DNA of 64,000 nucleotides from Candidatus Shapirobacteria bacterium (GTDB lineage: Bacteria; Patescibacteriota; Microgenomatia; 0-14-0-10-38-17): assembly GCA_018052565.1 (NCBI GenBank), contig JAGPNC010000002.1, forward strand, positions 6,648 to 70,647, written 5' to 3'. Made by a program: the position numbers and the translations under genes. Below the pieces are notes generated by a model. It did not search any database and was not told the DNA's origin. It saw only the letters and a list, made by a program, of their open reading frames with translations. Numbering within the stretch: position 1 is the stretch's first letter; the number at the start of each line of letters is the position of its first letter. Below are positions 37,043 to 46,073 of the stretch, one piece after another.

Positions 37043-37443
37043 AACCCGGTGATGTTTTGGCTTGCTTTGGCGAGCTGGGGGGTGGGAAAACCACTTTTCT
37101 TCAGGGAGTGGCTCAATCGTTAGGGGTAAGGGAACGAATTTTGAGCCCTACTTTTATTCTTATGCGCCAATATGAACTGCCTTTTAGCAAAAGAGGGATC
37201 GAAAGATTTTACCACTGGGACTGGTACCGAATTCATGGAGAAAAGGAGGCCTTGGCAGCAGGATTTAATGAGAATCTTCTTGATCAAAAAGCAGTGGTGG
37301 CGATAGAATGGGCAGAAAACGCTCTTAAAGCTTTACCGAAGAAAAGAATCGAAGTCCATTTTGAATATGGGGAGAAGGGGGATGAAAGGAAGATAAGAAT
37401 AAAAAAAAAGTATCAAGTATTAAGTATTATGTATTATGTATAA
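36976..37443 (+). CDS. tsaE: tRNA threonylcarbamoyladenosine biosynthesis protein TsaE
   Basis: GELGGGKTTFLQG (P-loop), SPTFILMRQYE and HWDWYRI. ATG 36976 is the likely start. Confidence 0.8.
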   Translation: MEYLTKSAQETKRLGKKIGASLEPGDVLACFGELGGGKTTFLQGVAQSLGVRERILSPTFILMRQYELPFSKRGIERFYHWDWYRIHGEKEALAAGFNENLLDQKAVVAIEWAENALKALPKKRIEVHFEYGEKGDERKIRIKKKYQVLSIMYYV

Positions 37444-37694
37444 GTCAGGGACAGAAAGAAGGCAGCTCATCATTTGTAGCTGGCAACTCATAATTAATGT
37501 AGATTTTAACTTTTATTAGCTTTGTGGCAAGTATCATTTGCAATGGGGTTAGAATGATAAACATAATTATTGCGCCGCTTTAGGTTTAGAAATTAAATAA
37601 TTTATTTTTTTCATTTTGCCTGCAAACTAGTCCCGTATATTGAACGGGCAGTTAATTCTTGAATTTTTTATACTTAATACTTAATACTTAATAC

Positions 37695-37988
37695 ATGATA
37701 CTCTTTCTTGATACCACCAATAACCAGAAAGTTTTTCTAAAAATTGGCAGGAAAGCCACTACAATAGATAAAAGCGAAGATTTATTAGGAGCAATAGAAA
37801 GTTTATTAAATAAAAGTGGCTATACAATGGACGATATTAGCGCGATAGAAATTAATACCGGTCCGGGTTCTTTTACTGGTCTGCGAATCGGCCTAACCAT
37901 TGCCAATGTTTGGGGTTGGTTTAAGAAAATTAAGATCAATGGTCATTTGATTGCCTCTGGTAATTTTATCCTGCCAAAGTATGAATAA
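37695..37988 (+). CDS. tsaB: minimal TsaB-like protein (97 aa, N-terminal ASKHA half only)
   Basis: ILFLDTT...INTGPGSFTGLRIGLTIANVWGW matches the TsaB/YeaZ core. The ORF ends after 97 aa. Confidence 0.6.
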   Translation: MILFLDTTNNQKVFLKIGRKATTIDKSEDLLGAIESLLNKSGYTMDDISAIEINTGPGSFTGLRIGLTIANVWGWFKKIKINGHLIASGNFILPKYE

Positions 37989-39543
37989 GAAGCTAATCTT
38001 TTGTTCTCTATTTATTTTTTCCATATTCTTCTTTTTTTCGGCCGAGGTTAATGCTTCCTCTCCTATCTCTGCTTGGGATTTTAGTTTTTACGGCGACTAT
38101 TGTCGGCAAGAGAAATGGCGCTGGCTTTGTCAGATGAGTCAAACCGAACTAGCCGCTTTAAGAGAAGAAGATCGTTGGGAGCTAGTTTTGGACGATTTTT
38201 CTTCTTTTGGCGCCGACCAGGGGATAGAGTTTTTCTTTTCGCCTCTTGAAGAAAACTTTAGAAGTCCGGTTTTAACTGTGTCTTTGCGAGTGATCGGAGA
38301 GACTTTTGGTTTAGCCCGCCTAGAGGTTTATCGAGGGAATAATTGGCAGATGGTCTGGGGTGGGGTAGGCCATGATCGGCTTGTATTTAATGGCAATGAG
38401 CCTTGGCGGGAAAAGATAAGACTAGAAGAGGTTTTGGGAGATAGGTGGCAAGAAGAATTAAAAAATGGGCTGTGGGTGAGGCTTCAGGTAGGGCCGTTAG
38501 TCTCTCCAAACTATGTTTTGCCGGCAATTGATCAATTAGCGATTGTTGATGATTTTGGGGAGGAGATTTTGACGCCAACAATGGGAATAACGGTCACCCT
38601 GTCTCCGACTGCCACCGCTACTCTTTCATTATTAACTTCCACCCCGAATTTAGACCCTACCGCCATACTTACCCCCAGATTAACTGCTGCCTTAACGCCT
38701 AGCCCCGCGGTAACAACGACTCCCACAATTACTCCAATGCCGCCAACACCAACCGAAGTCTTAAAAAAGAAAGAGACGGTTTGGCTTTATCCCAAGGAAG
38801 GGGAGACCGTTTCGGGAAAAGTAGTTTTAGAGGCGATATTGAGCGAAGAGGGGAAAGAAGTAGGAACCTCAAGACAGTTTTTTTCTTGGCGGCCCTTGGG
38901 GCAAAGTTCGTGGTATCAGCTTCCAGAAAATGTTTGGCAAACCGAAAGCCTGCCTTTGGGAGAATATCAACTTCAGGCAAGGCTGACCAGCGAGGGAGGA
39001 GAGGAGAAAAGCGCTGAAATTAACGTTAATTTAGGGGTTAGAATTTTCAACGTTTTTTTAACGGGGAGAACTCTTTCTTGGCAAACCGATCGGCCCGCCT
39101 GGGGGCGAATTGTTTATGACCGCGTTTCCCATTCCATGATTAACAAAGACTATCCTAATTTTGGCTATCTTTGGGCAAGCGAGGCTACCAGTAAACAAAA
39201 ACAAACCAGCCACCAGTTTACTTTCGGGCAAATTCCTACCGGCCGTTATTATTACCGCATTTTGGCCTTTGGCTCGCCGGTTTCCTATAGCGACGAATAT
39301 ATTTTAGAAACGGACTCCTTGTTAATTGGAGAAAAAGAAGAAGTTTTGGGACAAAAAACTAGCGCCGAGACAAGTTTTTCTTCTTCAGTAGAACCGGAGG
39401 AAGAAAAGAAAGAAGAAACACTTGATCAGGGTCAGTCCTTACCCACGAAAAACCCGTTTAGTCTTCCCCGCCTATTGGCTTTATTTTTAGCGGGGGCTTT
39501 CCTAGGGGGAACAATTATTCATTTGACAAAGAAGAAAAAATAG
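37984..39543 (+). CDS. large secreted or surface protein with Thr/Pro-rich linker and C-terminal transmembrane anchor
   Basis: Signal peptide MNKKLIFCSLFIFSIFFFFSAEVNA. PT-rich region TVTLSPTATATLSLLTSTPNLDPTAILTPRLTAALTPSPAVTTTPTITPMPPTPTE. C-terminal anchor LALFLAGAFLGGTIIHLTKKKK. Confidence 0.6.
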   Translation, partial: NKKLIFCSLFIFSIFFFFSAEVNASSPISAWDFSFYGDYCRQEKWRWLCQMSQTELAALREEDRWELVLDDFSSFGADQGIEFFFSPLEENFRSPVLTVSLRVIGETFGLARLEVYRGNNWQMVWGGVGHDRLVFNGNEPWREKIRLEEVLGDRWQEELKNGLWVRLQVGPLVSPNYVLPAIDQLAIVDDFGEEILTPTMGITVTLSPTATATLSLLTSTPNLDPTAILTPRLTAALTPSPAVTTTPTITPMPPTPTEVLKKKETVWLYPKEGETVSGKVVLEAILSEEGKEVGTSRQFFSWRPLGQSSWYQLPENVWQTESLPLGEYQLQARLTSEGGEEKSAEINVNLGVRIFNVFLTGRTLSWQTDRPAWGRIVYDRVSHSMINKDYPNFGYLWASEATSKQKQTSHQFTFGQIPTGRYYYRILAFGSPVSYSDEYILETDSLLIGEKEEVLGQKTSAETSFSSSVEPEEEKKEETLDQGQSLPTKNPFSLPRLLALFLAGAFLGGTIIHLTKKKK

Positions 39544-39559
39544 TCTTAAAATAATCTTA

Positions 39560-40453
39560 ATGAGCGCCAATAAAGGTTTAAAAGATTTTTTTATTCCCAG
39601 CGAAAGCAATAACTTCCGTGCCCGTTTGCTTCATCTGCCCTTTCTGGCCGCTTTTCTCTTTTTCTTTCTCTTTTTCAAAACCGCCCTTTCCCTTTATCTC
39701 TTGGCTAACCCCGCCGTTTTGGGTTATTCTTCGCAAATTACCAGCGCCCAAGTTGTAGAATTAACAAATGAAGAAAGAAAAAAATATGGCTTATCGGCGC
39801 TAACTGTTAATCCCCTTTTGGAAGAAGCGGCTCGTCGCAAGGCGGAGGATATGTTTGCTAACGATTATTGGTCGCATCGTTCGCCAGCAGGAAAAACCCC
39901 GTGGGATTTTTTAAAGGAAGTCGATTATAGTTATGTTTACGCGGGAGAAAATTTAGCCCGTGATTTTGCTGACGCCTCGGCAGTGGTAGCGGCTTGGATG
40001 GCCTCTCCCAGCCATAAAGAAAATATTGTGGGTAAGAATTATCAAGAAATTGGGGTGGCGGTGGTAGATGGCGAGCTGGGAGGTTTGAAAACTACCTTGG
40101 TAGTGCAGATGTTTGGCACGCCGGCAAAGCTGGTGTCGCCAAAACCACAGGCACCGGTTAAGGAAATTCCGCAAGAGACGATATTGAAAACGGAAGAAAG
40201 TGGAGTGGTGCTTCCTTCGGCAGAAAGGAATAATAATCTTGGCGAAAAAGAGGGAACAATCAATCTTTTGTCTTTAGAAAAATTAGCGGTAGTTTTTTTC
40301 CTGGGATTACTCTTGGGAGTTTTAACGGTTGATAAATTGGTGGCCGAAAAACGGCAAGCGCCGCGTTTAACTGCCGATAATAATGCCCATCTTATTTTTT
40401 TGCTTTTTATCATTTTGGTGGTGGCTCTTTTGGAGGCGGGAACGATTGTGTAA
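39560..40453 (+). CDS. CAP/SCP/PR-1 domain protein (YkwD-like) with C-terminal membrane anchor
   Basis: LTNEERKKYGLSALTVNPLLEEAARRKAEDM...YWSH...GENLA...WMASPSHKENIV...QEIGVAVV is the CAP-domain motif set. Confidence 0.7.
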   Translation: MSANKGLKDFFIPSESNNFRARLLHLPFLAAFLFFFLFFKTALSLYLLANPAVLGYSSQITSAQVVELTNEERKKYGLSALTVNPLLEEAARRKAEDMFANDYWSHRSPAGKTPWDFLKEVDYSYVYAGENLARDFADASAVVAAWMASPSHKENIVGKNYQEIGVAVVDGELGGLKTTLVVQMFGTPAKLVSPKPQAPVKEIPQETILKTEESGVVLPSAERNNNLGEKEGTINLLSLEKLAVVFFLGLLLGVLTVDKLVAEKRQAPRLTADNNAHLIFLLFIILVVALLEAGTIV

Positions 40454-40494
40454 GAAACCAATGGCTCAATTGCTGAATGGCCAAATTGCGTAGA

Positions 40495-40732
40495 AAAGTT
40501 AAAAGTTAAAAGTTAAAAGTTAAAATTACAAGTCAAAATTCAAAAGTAACAGGGCAAAGAACTTTTAACCCGCCTATCGGTGGGCGGGCTTTTGACTTGT
40601 CTACTAGCCATGCACCATACGGTGAGGGGCTAGCTGGCGGGAAACAAAAATCTTAAAACGTTTTTGAATTTTGATTTAGGCTTTGATCTTTGCTTTTTGC
40701 GTTTTGCGCTGAGATTTAATTCTTGATTTTTG
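40495..40732. repeat. composite repeat: AAAAGT run, GC-core hairpin, ccccgcacc-type mini-palindrome and tttgatct arm
   Basis: aaagttaaaagttaaaagttaaaagttaaaattacaagtcaaaattcaaaagt ... cccgcctatcggtgggcggg ... gcaccatacggtga ... tttgaattttgatttaggctttgatctttgctttttgcgttttgc. Confidence 0.75.
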
Positions 40733-40782
40733 TTAGATTAGAACGATACTAATACGCTAATACTAATAATGGGAGGACAAAA

Positions 40783-41043
40783 ATGACTACTAAAAAAACC
40801 AGCAAGGCTTTTCCTTTCGACTATTTAGTCTTAGCTTTAATTTTGGCCTCGGCGACGATTTTATTTCTTTATTTCCCTCCTCTTTCGGGCAAAAGGGAAA
40901 TTGCCGCTGTCTCTTTGGGTATTTTTTATTTTCTTTGGGGAGTTTGGTACCATAATCGCCGCGGTGATTTAGTTTTAAAAATCATTTTAGAATATTTGGC
41001 GGTCGCCGCTTTAGGAGTAACCGCTTTATTAATTTTGCTTTAA
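40783..41043 (+). CDS. small two-transmembrane-helix membrane protein
   Basis: 86-aa ORF with two hydrophobic helices. GGAGG-like ribosome-binding site (gggaggacaaaaATG). Confidence 0.45.
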   Translation: MTTKKTSKAFPFDYLVLALILASATILFLYFPPLSGKREIAAVSLGIFYFLWGVWYHNRRGDLVLKIILEYLAVAALGVTALLILL

Positions 41044-41047
41044 AAAG

Positions 41048-41776
41048 ATGAAAGGAGTTATTTTGGCAGGAGGTTTAGGCACACGTCTTTACCCTCTCAC
41101 TTGGGCGACAAACAAGCATCTTTTGCCCATTTTTGATAAACCAATGATTTTTTACCCGATTAACACTTTGGTTAAGGCGGGAATTAAAGAAATCTTGGTG
41201 GTTACTGGTGGGCCGCATGCCGGCCATTTTCTTCAGGTTTTAAAAAATGGTAAAGAGCTAGGCCTAAAGCATTTAGAATATGCTTACCAGGAAGGAGAAG
41301 GTGGTATTGCCGCGGCGTTATCCTTGGCCGAAGACTTTGCCGATGGGGGAGCGTTGGCGGTGGTTTTAGGCGATAACACCACCGATGCTGACATTTCTTC
41401 AGCGGTGAAAAATTTTCGGGGAGGAGCGACAGTTTTTTTGAAAAAAGTGCCTGATCCCCAGCGTTTTGGTGTGCCTGTTTTTGACCAAAAAAACTCAAAA
41501 AAGATTATCAAGATTGAAGAAAAACCGGCAAAGCCGCAGTCAAATTTTGCCGTTACCGGTCTCTATCTTTATGATAACCAAGTTTTTAAAATTATTAAAA
41601 CTCTCAAGCCATCGGCGCGGGGAGAGTTAGAGATAACCGATGTTAACAATTATTATCTTAAAGAGGGAAAGCTTACTTGGTTTAACCTTAGCGGTTTTTG
41701 GTCCGACGCGGGCACTTTCGAAAGCCTTTTTCGGGCTAATAAATATTGGGCGGAGAAGAAGATGAAGCAACCATAA
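41048..41776 (+). CDS. rmlA: sugar-1-phosphate nucleotidyltransferase, short-form glucose-1-phosphate thymidylyltransferase-like
   Basis: MKGVILAGGLGTRLYPLT...K.LLPI.DKPMI.YPI matches the RmlA/GlmU N-terminal signature. It sits in a locus with rmlBCD. Confidence 0.7.
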   Translation: MKGVILAGGLGTRLYPLTWATNKHLLPIFDKPMIFYPINTLVKAGIKEILVVTGGPHAGHFLQVLKNGKELGLKHLEYAYQEGEGGIAAALSLAEDFADGGALAVVLGDNTTDADISSAVKNFRGGATVFLKKVPDPQRFGVPVFDQKNSKKIIKIEEKPAKPQSNFAVTGLYLYDNQVFKIIKTLKPSARGELEITDVNNYYLKEGKLTWFNLSGFWSDAGTFESLFRANKYWAEKKMKQP

Positions 41777-41795
41777 TAACAGTTTTGAGGAGGTA

Positions 41796-42178
41796 AATTA
41801 TTTTAATTATTCTAATTGACCTAATTATTCTAAAGAAACCCCAAACGCCAAACCCCAAATTTTTAAATGATTTTTTTGCGACTGAGACATAATTCGTCAT
41901 TCTGACCCTGAGCAAAGCCCTGTACCAAACGGTGCGGGGCGAAGCAAGGGGAAGAATCCCCTCTGGAAATTATGTTTTAAAGGAGATCCTTCCCCCACTG
42001 TTGGCGGGGTCAGGATGACGCAGTGGACCCTGCTGCTCATTTATGTCACAGGGTCTTGTCGGCAGAAAGAATCATATTTTAGCCACGTTTTTATTTATAT
42101 TAATTTTGAGAATTGTGGCTTTGGGTGTTTTTTAGGTCAATTAGAATAATTAGAGCAATTAAGATAATTTTTTGATTT
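41796..42178. repeat. 170-bp MITE-like element interrupted by a nested GACATAA-TIR element
   Basis: Left part 41796-41876 (aattattttaattattctaattgacctaattattctaaagaaaccccaaacgccaaaccccaaat). Right part 42063-42178 (...ttttaggtcaattagaataattagagcaattaagataatttt). The nested insert 41878-42062 carries ctgagacataattcgtcattctgaccc ... ggggtcaggatgacgcag ... tttatgtcacag. Confidence 0.7.
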
Positions 42179-42261
42179 GATAAGGAGATAGTGTGGACAA
42201 ATTCAGGATGATACCAAACTAAATTTAGAAATAGTACAAAGATTGTGATTGTTATATTTAA

Positions 42262-43665
42262 TTAAGTTCCCTTAATAACGGCTAAAGGCTTAAGCCGGGC
42301 AACTTTAGAGGTGAGCCCTTCTTTAACTAAAACATCAACTACTTCTTCGATGTCTTTATAGGCTCCGGGGGCTTCATCGGCAATTTTATGAAAGGGGAGA
42401 TTATAAATTATTTTCCCCATTGATTTTTCAAACTGGGGAAGACTGATATTTCTTTGGGCGGCGCGGCGGGACATCAGCCGGCCAGCGCCATGGTTAACGG
42501 AGTGGAAGGTATCCTTATTTTTAGAAGTGCCTACCACTACATACGAAGCGGTTCCCATGCTGCCGGGAATTAGGGCGGGGTGGCCGGTTTTAACAAAAGA
42601 GGGGGGATTTTGGGGGTGGTTAGGGGGAAGGGCGCGGGTGGCTCCTTTGCGATGGACTAAAACTTTTTGGCCAAGGTGATTTTCCCATTTGGCAATATTA
42701 TGAGCGACATCATAAAGAAGATAGAGGGGATCATTGTTGCCAAAGGTTTCCCGCCAAGCTTGGCGGACAAAATGGGTGATAATTTGCCGGTTTACAAAGG
42801 CAAAATTAACACAGGCGGCCATGGCGCCAAAATAACGTTCTCCTTCTGGGGTGGTGACAGGAAGAGCGGCTAGGCCTTGGTTAGGGATTGTTAGTTGGTA
42901 TTTTTCTTTTTTCCGCCAAAGAATTTGGGTGTAATCAAGGCAAGTTTGGTGGCCTAAGGCGCGGGAGCCGGTATGAATCATGACGGCGATTTGGTTAGGG
43001 AAAAGGCCGAATGCTTGGGCGATTTGCTTATTAAAAATCCGATCTACCTTTTGGATTTCGATAAAATGATTACCAGAGCCGAGAGTGCCCAGTTCGTTTT
43101 TAGCGCGGCTAATAGCTTTAGTGGAAAGGCAGGAAAATTCTGCTTCTTCCATGCGACCGTTTTCCTCGGTTCTTTCCAAATCTTCTCTCTGCGCCAAGCC
43201 CTTTTCTACCATATAAAAAAGTCCTTTCCGGCAAACTTTTTCTAGAGAAAGGCCAAGATGCCCTTTCTGCTGTCCTCCCAAGCCTAAGGGGACAAATTGG
43301 CTGATCTTTTCGATTAATTGCCGTAATAGAGAAGGGGTGAAAACTTCTTTGTCGTAAACTTGCTGGGAAAGAAGAAGGCGCACGCCGCAATTAATATCCA
43401 TTCCCACAGCGCCAGCAGAAACTAATCCTTGCGTTGCCATCACGCCACCAATTGGCAGGCCAAAACCTTCGTGGATATCCGGCATTCCCAATACTGGTGA
43501 AATTACTTTTGGTAAACAGGAGGCGGCAATTAATTGTTCCAAGCTCCTATCTTCCTGGATTGGCTTTAAGAGTTTTTCGGAGGCGTAGATGACGACTTCG
43601 GCCTGCATTAACCCGCTTTTTTTAATCCGCCATTTTTGAGGGGAGAGAGACTCAAGGCTAAACAT
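42262..43665 (-). CDS. rtcB: RNA-splicing ligase RtcB
   Basis: Metal and GMP-histidine motifs: DIHEGFGLPIGGV, HTGSRALGHQ, HNIAKWENH, NHGAGR. Confidence 0.9.
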   Translation of the reverse strand: MFSLESLSPQKWRIKKSGLMQAEVVIYASEKLLKPIQEDRSLEQLIAASCLPKVISPVLGMPDIHEGFGLPIGGVMATQGLVSAGAVGMDINCGVRLLLSQQVYDKEVFTPSLLRQLIEKISQFVPLGLGGQQKGHLGLSLEKVCRKGLFYMVEKGLAQREDLERTEENGRMEEAEFSCLSTKAISRAKNELGTLGSGNHFIEIQKVDRIFNKQIAQAFGLFPNQIAVMIHTGSRALGHQTCLDYTQILWRKKEKYQLTIPNQGLAALPVTTPEGERYFGAMAACVNFAFVNRQIITHFVRQAWRETFGNNDPLYLLYDVAHNIAKWENHLGQKVLVHRKGATRALPPNHPQNPPSFVKTGHPALIPGSMGTASYVVVGTSKNKDTFHSVNHGAGRLMSRRAAQRNISLPQFEKSMGKIIYNLPFHKIADEAPGAYKDIEEVVDVLVKEGLTSKVARLKPLAVIKGT

Positions 43666-43805
43666 TATTGCTCAGAATGATATAATTAAATAGAGCTAAA
43701 TTGGTTTTAAATTATTCTAAGTTAAAAGTTTTTTATCTTAGTTTTTAATTTTATTTGTCTCCTTGGGAGAGATAATTTTAACTTTTAAATTTTCCTTTGT
43801 TTATT

Positions 43806-44309
43806 ATGGCGGAAGAGAAAATTTTTTTCAATAATCCTATTTTAGGGAGAAAATCACTGACGGAGGTGGTGGAGGAAATTGTTTCCTTTATTGGCAGCGA
43901 TCCGGGGTCTTTTTACCATTTGATTATCGGCACCGACTCCCAAGATCACGCCATGGAAAAAGCCGATGGCTATCTTAATTTGGTTTCGGCGATTGTTATT
44001 TATCGCGAAGGACGGGGAGGTCGTTATTTTTGGCGGCGGCAAAGGCTGCCTCATTCCCGAAACCTGCGGGAAAAAATTTATCAGGAAACACTGACATCGC
44101 TTGACTTGGCGGAGAAGCTGGTGCCTTTTTTACAACAAAAGCTTAATGGTAATGAATATGAGTTAGAGATTCATATTGATGTGGGGAATGCCGGTCCTAC
44201 CCGCGAGATGATCCGTGAGCTGGTGGCGATGGTTAATAGTAATGGTTTTTTGGCTAAAACAAAGCCGGAGTCTTATGGCGCCACCTGCGTGGCTGACAAA
44301 TACACGTAA
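43806..44309 (+). CDS. hypothetical protein (possible RNase-H-like/YkuK-type fold) divergent from rtcB
   Basis: ORF of about 168 aa containing YHLIIGTDSQ and VSAIVIYREGRGGRYFW. No confident family assignment; it is not an archease. Confidence 0.4.
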   Translation: MAEEKIFFNNPILGRKSLTEVVEEIVSFIGSDPGSFYHLIIGTDSQDHAMEKADGYLNLVSAIVIYREGRGGRYFWRRQRLPHSRNLREKIYQETLTSLDLAEKLVPFLQQKLNGNEYELEIHIDVGNAGPTREMIRELVAMVNSNGFLAKTKPESYGATCVADKYT

Positions 44310-44311
44310 AA

Positions 44312-44490
44312 AAAGTTAAAAGTAAGGCAAATCGTAAAAAAGCAAAGATTAAAAATAAAAACAACAAACAGTAATTAGCAACTCGTAATTAAAAAATAGT
44401 TTTGTCTCTGGTAATTAGCAAGGCTTTGAGCTATAAACTTTTGACTTTTAATTTGAAATTTTGACTTTTTAATTTTAAATTTTGAATTTT
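44312..44490. repeat. AAAAGT/ACTTTT hexamer hairpin with long internal spacer
   Basis: aaaaagttaaaagtaaggcaaatcgtaaaaaagcaaagattaaaaataaaaac ... cttttgacttttaatttgaaattttgactttttaattttaaattttgaatttt. Confidence 0.75.
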
Positions 44491-44493
44491 GTT

Positions 44494-45510
44494 ATGAGGT
44501 TGCTTGTTACCGGCGGGGCGGGTTTTATTGGCACTAATTTTATCCGCTACTGGGTTAAAAATCATCCCCAAGACAAGATTGTTAATCTTGACAAGCTCAC
44601 CTACGCCGGTGATCGGCAAAATTTAGCGGACCTGGAGAACACTTCTTCCTATTGTTTTGTTAAGGGCGATATCGGCGATCCCGAATTGGTAGACAAGCTG
44701 ATGAAAGAGGTTGACACAGTGATAAACTTTGCGGCCGAAAGTCATGTTGATCGTTCAATTGATAATCCCGAAGTTTTTTTAAAAACTAATATTTTGGGGA
44801 CTTTTAACTTGCTCGAGGCAGCGTTGAAAAATAAAGTTAAGCGGTTTCATCATATTTCAACCGATGAAGTTTTTGGCGAGCTTTCCTTAAAATCAAAAAG
44901 AAAGTTTAACGAAAAAACGAAATTTTCTCCCCGAAGTCCTTATTCTGCTTCTAAAGCCGGTTCCGACCATTTGGTTTTAAGTTATTACCACACCTATGGG
45001 CTACCGGTAACGATTACCAATTGTTCCAATAATTACGGCCCTTATCAGTATCCGGAAAAATTTATCCCCCGCATGATTACCAATCTTTTGGAGGGTAAGA
45101 AAATTCCTATCTACGGTGACGGCAAATATGTTCGCGATTGGCTTTATGTTGATGATCATGTGCGGGCGATTGAGGCGGTTTTGTTTTACGGCAAGCCGGG
45201 GCAAACTTATTGCGTGGGTGGGTTAACTAAAGATGTCAGCAATCTTGATCTGGCGAAAATGATTCTAAAGATTATGGGCAAAGGCGAAGATTATTTAGAA
45301 TTTGTGGCCGATCGGGCGGGCCATGACCGGCGCTATGCCGTTGATTGGCAAAAGATTAAGGATAAACTTGGTTGGCAGCCCCAAGAAACAATTGAATCGG
45401 GGTTGGAAAAAACAGTTTCTTGGTATTGCCAAAATAAGCTGTGGTGGCAGAAAAAAAAGAAAGAAGCGGAAAATTTTTACCAAAAATTAGCCGCCAAAAA
45501 ATTTAAATGA
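44494..45510 (+). CDS. rmlB: dTDP-glucose 4,6-dehydratase
   Basis: LVTGGAGFIGTNF Rossmann fold, catalytic YSASKAGSDHLV. Length and order match rmlBCD. Confidence 0.9.
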   Translation: MRLLVTGGAGFIGTNFIRYWVKNHPQDKIVNLDKLTYAGDRQNLADLENTSSYCFVKGDIGDPELVDKLMKEVDTVINFAAESHVDRSIDNPEVFLKTNILGTFNLLEAALKNKVKRFHHISTDEVFGELSLKSKRKFNEKTKFSPRSPYSASKAGSDHLVLSYYHTYGLPVTITNCSNNYGPYQYPEKFIPRMITNLLEGKKIPIYGDGKYVRDWLYVDDHVRAIEAVLFYGKPGQTYCVGGLTKDVSNLDLAKMILKIMGKGEDYLEFVADRAGHDRRYAVDWQKIKDKLGWQPQETIESGLEKTVSWYCQNKLWWQKKKKEAENFYQKLAAKKFK

Positions 45511-46073
45511 ATTTTAAAAAGCTTAAAATTTCGGGGCTAATCGTCGTTGAGCCGGATGTTTTTGGCGACGAAAGAGGGTTCTTTTTAGAATCTTATAACC
45601 GGGAAAAATTTGCTAAAGGAGGGATAAGCGTTAATTTTGTCCAAGATAATCATTCCCGTTCTTCTCGGGGGGTTCTGCGGGGCCTTCATTTTCAAAAAGC
45701 TTCTTTTGCTCAAGATAAATTAGTGCGGGTGGTGCGGGGAGAAGTTTTTGATGTTGCCGTTGATCTTCGGCCCGGCTCTCCCACCTTGGGCCAATGGGAA
45801 GCAGTGATTCTTTCGGAAGAAAATAAGAAAATGTTTTTTATTCCTCAGGGTTTTGCTCATGGGTTTTTAGTCTTAAGCCCCTTAGCCGATTTTGAGTATA
45901 AGGTGAGTAATTTTTATTCGCCGCAAGACGAGATGGGCATTATTTTCAACGACCCCGAGATTAACATTTCTTGGCCTTTGGCCAAAGAAGAGCTGATTTT
46001 GTCCGCCAAAGATAAGAATTGGCCGTTATTTTCTCAAATTAAAGATAACTTAAAGAAAATATGGGGAAAATAA
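45507..46073 (+). CDS. rmlC: dTDP-4-dehydrorhamnose 3,5-epimerase
   Basis: RGLHFQ and a cupin fold (VFDVAVDLR..SPT.G...). It overlaps rmlB by 4 nt. Confidence 0.85.
   Translation: MNFKKLKISGLIVVEPDVFGDERGFFLESYNREKFAKGGISVNFVQDNHSRSSRGVLRGLHFQKASFAQDKLVRVVRGEVFDVAVDLRPGSPTLGQWEAVILSEENKKMFFIPQGFAHGFLVLSPLADFEYKVSNFYSPQDEMGIIFNDPEINISWPLAKEELILSAKDKNWPLFSQIKDNLKKIWGK

Noticed and set aside
38387-39017. Several 60-85-aa ORFs on both strands within 37984-39543
   Set aside because: They overlap the long secreted-protein ORF, which has a clean signal peptide and a C-terminal anchor. The others are shadow frames of its PT-rich region.
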